A DNA stretch of 20,000 nt from an uncultured virus (IMG/VR IMGVR_UViG_3300032247_001667). Lineage: Duplodnaviria; Heunggongvirae; Uroviricota; Caudoviricetes. The notes beneath the pieces were generated by a model that saw only the letters and a list, made by a program, of their open reading frames with translations, searched no databases and had not been told where the DNA came from. The position numbers were made by a program, and so were the translations under genes. This document shows positions 1-9,300 of this stretch, one piece after another (within the stretch, counting starts at the first letter, position 1; every line of letters starts with the position of its first letter). The DNA lies in IMG/VR virus record IMGVR_UViG_3300032247_001667. One strand, written 5' to 3'.

Positions 1-1
1 C

Positions 2-931
2 ATAAGAAACAGTATTCTCCATAGATTCTTCGATATCTTTAGATAATATTTTTATATTTGAATTATCTACTATAGCATTAATTGCACTTTCATTTAATTT
101 AACATCTGCTGTTAAATCTTTAAAAAATAATTTATTTGCTACTGGATCAAAAATTGCAGCAAGTTTTAAATCTCCGCACCATTGATCTAATACTTGTTTT
201 AAAGTTCCCGTGTAACTTTTTAAGAATTTTTTAATTTTATCTTCTGGTAGATCTGGTTTTTCTACTGTTAAATTTATGCCAGCGTTCCCAACGATAGCAG
301 TTATTCCATCTAATAATTCAAAAAATGTATAAGCTACATCAAAAACTTTTTGATAGCTTAATTTATCGCATTTATCTTCTTTACTATATTTATCAGTTGG
401 ACAATTTGGGCAAGGATCACATGGATCTATTGCTGTATTTAATTCGTTATAATTTAATTCTCCATCTTTATTAACATCACAAGGATGAAGTTCTCTTCCA
501 AGAATTATGAAATTATTATCTATCGTATAAGGTTGATAATAGTTAGCTATTTTTCTACCACGTTTAGTTTTTATGTTTTTATTTGGAATAGCCCAAAATT
601 TTTTAATTAAACCAACGTAAATTTTCTCTAAAATAAAACTACCATCTATAAATTCTATTTCTAATATCTTACCTTGAGATGATTCTTTTTTGCTATATTT
701 AATAGGATACATATTTAAATTAATAGTTCCTATTTTAATTTGACTTGGTTGCAGTACAGTTAATACTGGAGTTGAATAAACTCCATCTTCATTTATAACA
801 CTTACTGATAATCTAGAAGGTTCTTTGCCTATGCTTGGTTGAAAATTTACATCATAAATATAGCCTCTTAGGTATTTATTACTACCATTAACTGTAACAG
901 TATCTATTGTTTTATAGACTGAGACTGACAT
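2..931 (-). CDS. Putative baseplate hub / tail-tip protein, 3' end runs off the window (not in ORF track)
   Basis: ATG at 931-929 overlaps the upstream stop (TAATG). The frame is open to the window edge: MSVSVYKTIDTVTVNG...YTGTLKQVLDQWCGDLKLAAIFDPVANKLFFKDL...SMENTVSY. Position downstream of the TMP and the 'LKQVLDQWC..L...FDP...LFF' pattern resemble hub proteins (inference). Confidence 0.6.
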   Translation of the reverse strand, partial: MSVSVYKTIDTVTVNGSNKYLRGYIYDVNFQPSIGKEPSRLSVSVINEDGVYSTPVLTVLQPSQIKIGTINLNMYPIKYSKKESSQGKILEIEFIDGSFILEKIYVGLIKKFWAIPNKNIKTKRGRKIANYYQPYTIDNNFIILGRELHPCDVNKDGELNYNELNTAIDPCDPCPNCPTDKYSKEDKCDKLSYQKVFDVAYTFFELLDGITAIVGNAGINLTVEKPDLPEDKIKKFLKSYTGTLKQVLDQWCGDLKLAAIFDPVANKLFFKDLTADVKLNESAINAIVDNSNIKILSKDIEESMENTVSY

Positions 932-3066
932 TATTTATTAACCTCCAAAGCACTATCTGTATTATATATATTTTTACCCTTATTCTCTAAGAATAAAGGG
1001 TCATTTATAAGATCAAATCTTGACTTTTCAATAAATTCATTAGAGTCTTGTTTTACTCCATTTAGGTATACTGCTGATGTATTTTTAGCATACAATCTTG
1101 GTAAAGTATAAGAGTATACATTTCCTGTTAATAGTATATAATTTAATACAGAATTATAAGCTGTTATATTTCCAGTAGTAGATACGCTTGTATTACCAAT
1201 ATTAGTATAGCTATTAGATCCACTTTGAATATAATTAATTCCGCTTATTAGTTTTTGACCATTTAAATATAAAAAGTCTTTTTTACCAGTTAATATTATA
1301 TTTCCGCCAGTATAACTATAAAATAAGAATCCAGTTTTATTAAAATCTAATAGAATAGTATCTAAACTATCATAGTTTCCAGAAACATTGGCTATATTAT
1401 CTATTTTATAATCAAATATGTTAGCATAATCATTATAATCAATATTATATACGCCGTTATTTGATACATTTGAAATGTTTTGATTTTCTAAGATTCTAAA
1501 TCTTCTATTTCCAACATTAAATTCTGCTGGTTGATTTAAAATAGGAGAATAAGTTGGATTAAATTCAAAAGTATAAACTTCTACAATATCTTTACTGTCT
1601 AAAACTCTATTATAAATTATTTGATTGATACCAATTGAATTTAAATATCCTGTATTTTTAATTAAAGAAGTTCCTCGGTTTATTGTTAAGTTAGAGGTTT
1701 TAGATATAAATGCGCCAGTAATATATTGATTTGTGAATGTTATATTTTCTACCTTCGTTAAATAAGAACCATTATTTTGTATTGTAAAATTATAAATATA
1801 GTTTCCAGTAACAACAGATGAAGTGAAGTTTGCTCCTACGTTTCCACTAAATGGAAAATTAATTAATTGAGTAAAATTACTATTTGTTATACTTTCAATT
1901 CCAGTCTCTAATCCAGTAAGATAATTTATTCCAGTAATAGCATAACCAGAAAGAACACCAGTTAATCCAGATATAAAAGTTAATGGGATTCCAGTACCAC
2001 ATATATTTACTATTTCTCCAGCATTTATGTTTACTGTACCAGTTAATCCTGTGCCAGAAATTTGTAATTCATAACCAGTAACAGAACCAGTTATAATTAC
2101 GTTTGAAAAGAATCTAGTTACAGTATTTGTATAGTTAAATGATTGAGATGTGTATCCAGTAAAGAATCCAGTAGCTACATGATTAGAACCAACTATATTT
2201 CCAGTAATACTTCCACTAAGTTGACCTAAATAATCATAAAAAGAATAACTATTTAAACAAGTAAAACTAATTCCAGTAGAACTATCAAATATAGCGCCAG
2301 TTAAATTATTAGTCAATCCAGAATAACTATACAATTCATCAATAGTCGAGAATGTTATTGTTTTATTAATATCATAAATAAATCCATCAGCAAGATCATT
2401 TAAATAAGTAGAATTTAAAGACTCTTGCAAGAAAATAAATTCATTCATCTTACCTATATAGTTCTTTCCGCTAAAGAATGGCAAAATTTTTCCAGAACCA
2501 AGAGTTAAATGATTAAAATTATTTCTATCTGTTTGAATTGCAAAACTTTCAAATAAGAACTTTTCTGTTGCTGGATCATAAATGTTTATGTTGACGTTAC
2601 TTAAATTTTTATTAACTGATACTATTCCAGCTGTATTTGCTTTTGCATTGGTTATATGAGTTGTTGGGCCATAAATACTATCGTAATATTCATAATAATA
2701 ATTGTTAAAACTAGTAATACCAAAGTTAAATCCAGAGTAAATATTTGATCCAGCAGTATCTAATGTAGAGAATAAGACTGCTTGACCACTTCCAGTCTTT
2801 TCATAAGCACAATAAACTGTAAAAAAATCATTTTTTAAGCCAGTAGCATTTTGAATAACAATAGCATTCTTGCCAGTAAAATCTAAACCAGTACTATTAA
2901 TTAGTAATCCAGAATAATTACCAGAAAATACTGAATTATTTTTAAGGTAATAACTAGATCCAGTTTTAATATTACTATTAGTAAAAGTATAATTAAGAAT
3001 ATAATTATTAAGATTCAACCCTAGTTGATCTGCATAATAATCAAAGCTATTAGATATCTGTGCCAT
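931..3066 (-). CDS. Virion structural/tail-tip protein with N-terminal LamG/concanavalin-like domain and Thr-Gly-rich region
   Basis: 711-aa ORF. N-terminal pattern FTVYCAYEK..QAVLFS..FNFGI..HLTLGSG..YIGKMNEFIF..ESLN is LamG-like. Middle is rich in TG/SG. C-terminus has repeated (L/V)YLNG(Q/V)K motifs typical of phage structural proteins. AAGGA SD upstream. Confidence 0.6.
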   Translation of the reverse strand: MAQISNSFDYYADQLGLNLNNYILNYTFTNSNIKTGSSYYLKNNSVFSGNYSGLLINSTGLDFTGKNAIVIQNATGLKNDFFTVYCAYEKTGSGQAVLFSTLDTAGSNIYSGFNFGITSFNNYYYEYYDSIYGPTTHITNAKANTAGIVSVNKNLSNVNINIYDPATEKFLFESFAIQTDRNNFNHLTLGSGKILPFFSGKNYIGKMNEFIFLQESLNSTYLNDLADGFIYDINKTITFSTIDELYSYSGLTNNLTGAIFDSSTGISFTCLNSYSFYDYLGQLSGSITGNIVGSNHVATGFFTGYTSQSFNYTNTVTRFFSNVIITGSVTGYELQISGTGLTGTVNINAGEIVNICGTGIPLTFISGLTGVLSGYAITGINYLTGLETGIESITNSNFTQLINFPFSGNVGANFTSSVVTGNYIYNFTIQNNGSYLTKVENITFTNQYITGAFISKTSNLTINRGTSLIKNTGYLNSIGINQIIYNRVLDSKDIVEVYTFEFNPTYSPILNQPAEFNVGNRRFRILENQNISNVSNNGVYNIDYNDYANIFDYKIDNIANVSGNYDSLDTILLDFNKTGFLFYSYTGGNIILTGKKDFLYLNGQKLISGINYIQSGSNSYTNIGNTSVSTTGNITAYNSVLNYILLTGNVYSYTLPRLYAKNTSAVYLNGVKQDSNEFIEKSRFDLINDPLFLENKGKNIYNTDSALEVNK

Positions 3067-3091
3067 TTCCTTTATCCTTTTGCCTTCATAA

Positions 3092-3100
3092 TATTACACT
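3092..3100 (-). promoter_or_regulatory. Putative late promoter motif AGTGTAATA
   Basis: + strand tattacact in the intergenic gap upstream of 931..3066; same 9-mer in two other gaps. Confidence 0.6.
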
Positions 3101-4674
3101 TAATTGTATTGCGAAGTTTCAGATGAGAACTCTATATCAAAACTGCAACTTGCGTTTTCTTTGTTTAATACTATATTTGATTTTGTTAATATAAGATCTG
3201 AAGCAGCACTAAAGTAAGTATTTCTTAAGTAATTAGCAAAATCAACTATAAGAGAAGAGTTAAAAGTGGCGATAGGGGTTATACTAACATCAATTAGCGC
3301 CGAGCCATTGATACCTAAAACATGACGTTTCTTGTAATTTAAATTTTCTATAACGTGCTGACCATTTCCATCTAATACTGGAGAGAATGAATATTGAGTT
3401 AATCCTGGACTTATTTTAATATTATAAGATAAATTAACTAAACTGCCATATCTACTGTTGGTATCATCATATGATTCACTTGAAGATAATACAGCATTAT
3501 TCTCATCAATAGTTAAACTTTTAGATATTAAATGTATTCTTGGTTTATCTACTATATTATTCAAAAACGTTGTTTGAGTTAATAAATCGTTTATTTTACT
3601 TAACCCATTTTGGACGCTAGAAGAAAACACACTCTTAGCTGTTGAGAAAGTCAAATTAGTATTAGGCTTAACATCGCCTTTATAATCAATCTTATTTATT
3701 TGTTCCATAAAATCGCTACTAATATCTATGCTATAAGTTTTTGATATGCCTTGATCTATTCTTTGATCATTGGTATAATTTTGAGAGAAATTTAAAGTAT
3801 TAACATCTGGATTATAATCATAGTTCTCACCATTAACTTGAAAATCACTAAAGCTTAATCCATAAGGTAAATTAGTTGTAGTAATACTTGCTAGTTGACT
3901 TTTTAATGCTGAAAAACCATACGTTTTACCACCGATTACATTTCCATCTATAGTTAAATTTACATTTCCATCTTCGACACCACTAGAGATATTCATTGTA
4001 TATCTTAAAACTGGACTATTTTCATTACCAGTATCAACAACATAATTTTCTTCTATTGATATGTTTCCATCTAATGCGTTTATTGTTTCTTTTTGATTTA
4101 ATAAAGTGGGAGTTGTGAAACTTGCGCCATTCCAGTATGGACCAAAATCAGATAATCTTCCAGTTAAATTATTAATAAAAGCTCTAGCATTAGATAATGC
4201 ATCGTTGGAAATTTCAGTTCTTATTCCATCAGCAGATAGTCTATGCGAAATTTGTAATTGCTTATCTTCTGTTTCTTGATATGAAATTTCTCTACTTACA
4301 TTTTTAACTTTAGCACCAAGTCCATTAGTTTTATCGTGACATGTAATTTGAACTGTATATGGGACAATTCCAACATAACTTGATGCATCAATTGAAATAG
4401 AATCTAATTGACAACATTCAGAATATTCTGTATCTATTGTTATACTAGGATAAAATCCGCCAGAGAAATTAGTAAATAGTTGATCTACTTTATTTTTTAA
4501 TGTAGCGAATGTAAGACCAGTCAATTGACCATTAAAAGTATATTGAATTTCACTTCTTTCAAATGCACTATCAAATATTGGCTTAATACTTTTAGTAATA
4601 TATGGAGGCATTTTGCTAATATTAGAAAATGGATTTCCTATGCCACTAAATTGAATATTAACTGGAAGAGCCAT
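3100..4674 (-). CDS. Putative tail-tip (distal-tail-like) structural protein, paralogue of 4677..6347
   Basis: 524-aa beta-rich ORF two genes after the TMP; shares repeated motifs with the neighbouring gene. Confidence 0.5.
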   Translation of the reverse strand: MALPVNIQFSGIGNPFSNISKMPPYITKSIKPIFDSAFERSEIQYTFNGQLTGLTFATLKNKVDQLFTNFSGGFYPSITIDTEYSECCQLDSISIDASSYVGIVPYTVQITCHDKTNGLGAKVKNVSREISYQETEDKQLQISHRLSADGIRTEISNDALSNARAFINNLTGRLSDFGPYWNGASFTTPTLLNQKETINALDGNISIEENYVVDTGNENSPVLRYTMNISSGVEDGNVNLTIDGNVIGGKTYGFSALKSQLASITTTNLPYGLSFSDFQVNGENYDYNPDVNTLNFSQNYTNDQRIDQGISKTYSIDISSDFMEQINKIDYKGDVKPNTNLTFSTAKSVFSSSVQNGLSKINDLLTQTTFLNNIVDKPRIHLISKSLTIDENNAVLSSSESYDDTNSRYGSLVNLSYNIKISPGLTQYSFSPVLDGNGQHVIENLNYKKRHVLGINGSALIDVSITPIATFNSSLIVDFANYLRNTYFSAASDLILTKSNIVLNKENASCSFDIEFSSETSQYN

Positions 4675-4676
4675 AA

Positions 4677-6347
4677 TTAAAATCCTTGAGCTGCATTTAT
4701 TGTGAAATCATTTCTGATTCTGGATCTTACATCAAATAATATCCATTGTGCGCCACCATTAAATGTATTTCTAACTGGATCAAAAGAATAATCTTTAGAA
4801 AGAAGAAAATTAGGAAGAGTTAATTTAGGAATATAACTATTAAATTGAGTAATGTAAGCTTGAATTGGAGTATTCTTTTTACCTTTTATATCAACATTTA
4901 TGTATTGTTTTATTGGACTACTTTGCTTTAAGTATTGGGCTAGCTCTTTTCCTCCTTCTGGACCAAATCCTGGAACTTGAAAAACTTGTATAGTACCTAC
5001 AGCATCTTCTTCTGATCTTTCGATACTAATTGATTTAAAAGAACTCGTATCATATATTGGTCTATTTGAATATTGATGACTAAATGTTATTTTTCCATCT
5101 GTTACTGCAAAACTAAGATTAGTATTTAAAACAAAATATTTAGTTGGAGAAAGTCCAAAAGTAAAAAGTCCTTGAGCCAGACTAGGTATACTTGTATTAG
5201 AAGAAGATGTATAAACTGAGCTATAATCTGCACTGTATTTATTTAATCCACTTAAAAATTTAGTATTAGAGCTTGGATCATTTGCGCTTGTTTTGCCGTA
5301 GGCTATATAAGTTCCATTTTCTGTAGATTCTATAAAACCATCTTCTGATTTTCTGAAATCAATACTATTATCTTTAATAATTGTACTTTGTAATCTTGAT
5401 TGATTTGTGAATTCTATGCTATAATTTATTTTACCAAGAAATTGATCTCTTGTTACTGTTCTTGAAGTTGCTACATTTTGTAAAGTTGTTAATGCTGGAG
5501 TTAATTCACTGGAAAAATCAGTAAGATAAGATTGACATCTATTAAATGCATTAGGATATGAAGCATTAAACAAGCTAAGTGCATTTGTATATTTATCATC
5601 AACTAACCCTTGTATTTCTGCATCTTCTTTAACTGTAACGACTCCTCCATTAGCTAGTTGCACAGAATATCCAGTTGAAATTGTGGCATTACCAGATATA
5701 TTATTTAAATAAGTTAAAGTTTGATTTAGAGAATAAGACCCTTTATATACATCAAATGTTTCATTATAGTATTTTTTATAACTATTAGAATAACCACTAC
5801 CAAGCATACTTAATGCATATTTATTTGTAGTTAAAACTCCATTTGCAATAGTTCTACTTGCGTTAAGAAGAGCTGATCCTGTTGTATTAAAATATTGAAG
5901 ACTGAATGAATGAGTATATTCTTTTTTATTTCCTTCTGCTAAAGTTAATCCAAAACTATCTGAAATAGATTCTACATTTTGTAAAGCATAAGTATCTAAA
6001 TAATCTTTATCAGCACTTGAGCCAAATTCGCTATATACTTCAAAGTCTATTTTAGTTGGCTTAGTTCTAACGTCTTGATTTTCGCCTTGATTAAAATCAA
6101 ATGAAGTTATCTTGCCACTGGTATAATTAACTCCATTTATTGTGATATCTATAAGGCCATTAAAACTACTAGAATTATAAATTTTAATTTGATTCCAAAT
6201 ACCAGCAACGCCAGTAACTGTATTTAAGCTTAATAAGATTCCTTCTATTGAAATATTTTGAACTTGTCTAAGAGCAATTCCTCCTTGAGAAAAACTATAA
6301 TTATTTGTTATGCCTAATATTGTAGGATTTTCTAATGAAATGTTCAT
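4677..6347 (-). CDS. Putative tail-tip (distal-tail-like) structural protein
   Basis: 556-aa beta-rich ORF starting 1 nt after the TMP stop, the canonical Dit position in siphophages. Confidence 0.5.
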   Translation of the reverse strand: MNISLENPTILGITNNYSFSQGGIALRQVQNISIEGILLSLNTVTGVAGIWNQIKIYNSSSFNGLIDITINGVNYTSGKITSFDFNQGENQDVRTKPTKIDFEVYSEFGSSADKDYLDTYALQNVESISDSFGLTLAEGNKKEYTHSFSLQYFNTTGSALLNASRTIANGVLTTNKYALSMLGSGYSNSYKKYYNETFDVYKGSYSLNQTLTYLNNISGNATISTGYSVQLANGGVVTVKEDAEIQGLVDDKYTNALSLFNASYPNAFNRCQSYLTDFSSELTPALTTLQNVATSRTVTRDQFLGKINYSIEFTNQSRLQSTIIKDNSIDFRKSEDGFIESTENGTYIAYGKTSANDPSSNTKFLSGLNKYSADYSSVYTSSSNTSIPSLAQGLFTFGLSPTKYFVLNTNLSFAVTDGKITFSHQYSNRPIYDTSSFKSISIERSEEDAVGTIQVFQVPGFGPEGGKELAQYLKQSSPIKQYINVDIKGKKNTPIQAYITQFNSYIPKLTLPNFLLSKDYSFDPVRNTFNGGAQWILFDVRSRIRNDFTINAAQGF

Positions 6348-6348
6348 T

Positions 6349-9300
6349 TTATGCTACTGCTTGTTGCGCTGCTACTAATTGTGATGGTGGAGTTTTTTCT
6401 CCGCTTTTACCTTCTAAAATTCTTATTCTTTCATTTGCTTGAGCAACTACTGCTTGTAAAGCGGCTACAATAGCTTGAGTTGTTGTGTCTGGAGTTGATG
6501 TTATATTAATATTAGCATTTACTGGTGAAATATTTACAGATGCTGTAGTTGCTCCTATTATTGATCCATTTGCGCCTTTAGGAGGATTTTGTAGCCCATT
6601 TTCTGATGGAGGAATCGTTGATCCATTTGCTCCATTTCCAGTAGGTTGTGGATTTGGATTTTCTTCTTGCTTTCTTTTCTTTTTAGCCTCTGCTGCGATT
6701 TTTATTCGTTCTGCTGCTTGTTGTAACCATTCGTTTCCTTCTTTTTGATCCATGACTTGATGACCAGTCATTCCGTGTTCAAATATTTTTGCAAAAACAT
6801 CAGTAAGTGCCCCACTAATATTTTGATTTTCTCCAGTATCCTTATCTTTAGTTAAACCAAAAGTAGGTATTTTACCTATTAGAAAACCAAGACCTGCTCC
6901 TAAAGCTCCAAAAACTGCAATAAGACCAGCGACTGATGCTCCTAATACTGTGATAGCTTCTCCTAGTGGTAAAGCTGCCGCTTCAAGTAAGGTTAATGAT
7001 ATTCCTGCAGCTTCTATTCCTGCTATAGTTTCTCCTGCAAGAGTTGCGCCTTCTACTACAACTGTTTCTGCTGCAACAACTGCCCCCTCTCCTGCTCCTG
7101 CTACTGCTGCTGGGGCTGCGCCAGTAAAAAGACCCTTTAATATTGATAATCCACCTAATGATGCAAGCGCAGTTACAACAGGGCCAAGAACATTAGCTAA
7201 AAGTGTAAATCCAATTATTAAAGCTTGTGTAGATTCATTTAATCCATTCCACCATTTCTTTATATCATCGATTGTACTAGACATTGCATCTGTAATTATT
7301 TTACTATCTGAAGACATTCCAGGATTTCTTCCTACTGATCCTGATTTTCCACCAAATTCTGGTTGAGTTAATCTACTTTTTTCTTGATCTGTTTTTGTAT
7401 AAGTTAAATTTTTAAGTTCATCTACTAAAGCCTGAGCTTCTGGATTTTTAAAATTTCCTTTTTGAGCTTGAAGTTGCATTTTACCATATGTTGATCCAGC
7501 GCTAATTTCTCCAGTCTTTGCAAAATCATAACCATAAAAATCTTCTTTACTTTGTCCAATTTTATTTCTATATTCTTCTGCTTTGCCATTTGGACCTAAA
7601 AGATTTTCAGATAAAACACTAAGTTGTTGCATAAAGTTTTCGCCAATTGGTCCAGACTTCAATAACTCCATTGCACCTAACATTTCTTGTAATGTTGGAG
7701 CAAAAGCTGCATATGTTTTTTGAGCATCAGTCATTAAAAATTCTTCAATAGATTTATCTGCAAGCTCTTGAGCTTTGTCATTATTTTGCATATCTTGAAA
7801 TTGCTTCATTATTGCTGGGTCAGCTTTTTGTCCTGGAGCAAGAGTTGATTTGTATATTTCTTCTTTTCTTTTTGCACCTTCTATAATTTGAGCTTTTCTT
7901 GCTGCTGACGCGCTGGCTACCAATCCATTTGTGAAATCTCCTTTATCATTTTTCATTAAAAGGTCTTTCGGATTTACATTTCCAGATTGAACTAAATTAC
8001 TTAGCATTTCGTATGCGCCTCGTCCTTTCGTATCAATATCTCCTCTTTTATTTCCTTCTACATATTTACTTGCTCCCGCAGCAAATTGAGATATTGAAGC
8101 ATATCTTTCTTGAGGATTGATGAATGATTCTTTTCCACCAAGAATATTTCCAGCACCTGTAAGATCTTGTTTTTGTCCTAAAACTGGTATTTTATTTTTC
8201 TTTACAGCATTTGCATTTTTTTCAATTGCTGCTGCTTGTTTGAGCATTTCTTTTGTTAAATTTTGTGCATCAGTAGCGCCATGTTTGAACGCATTTATTA
8301 ACTGTTCTAAAGCAGATGTATCTGCACCAGTCTCTTTTGCTGCTTGCATTAATGTTCTAGAAATTATTCCAAAATTTCCATCAGCATTTTGAAGGCTTTG
8401 ATTTAATTGATTTATTTCAGTTTTATTTAATCCAGAAAATACATTATTTATTACATCTTGTGCATCGCTTGCTGCAACTTTTGCATCAGCATATATATCA
8501 ACGCCTTCTTTTTTACCAACTATTTTCTGACCTATACTTTGAGCTAAATTTTTAGATTTTGATTCTCTTTCTTTTTTACTTGCTTCAGTTCCTAATATTT
8601 TAAATATATCTTCATATTGTCCACTTTGGAGTTTTGGTCTAACTTGTTCTTGCACATCTAATGGAAGATTATTAATTTTTTCGGCTAAAGAAGTTAAAGC
8701 GTCGGTACTAATTTCTATGCCATCTTTTTGTTCTTGAATTACTTGATTTAATGGAGCACTTATATCTGCTAGGTTTCCATTTAATTTTTGTAAATTTTCA
8801 GTAGATGATTCTGCTCGTGTTTTTAATGGATTTAAAAATTTTTCTTTATTTTGTTTATTAATTGAATCAAACCAATGATAAAGTCCTAATGCTCCACCAG
8901 CTGTAACTCCTAATACAGTTCCCCATTTTCCAAGTAAAGAAGTAGATACTACTAAACCAGTTGCTACATCAGTTAAGCCCATACTTAAACTATTTAAATT
9001 TCTCATACTTTCACTGGTTTGATCTCCAAATTCAGATATTATTCCAGTAACGATAGGCAATGCTATACTTAAGGCTAGAGCTCTGTCAGAAATACTTGAT
9101 AAAACTTTTGAAGTTCTTTCTCCAGATTTTGATACTTTTTCATTAGCTAATGCTGCTTTTTCGGCAGCTTTTGCTTCTTTATCAGTAGCTAATGTTGTTT
9201 GATCAGTTTTTTTAATTAATCTATCAATAGAATTTGCAGCTCTGTCAATAGATTTTGAAAAATTATCAACAGAATTACCTCCTGCAGCTCTCACTTTTGC

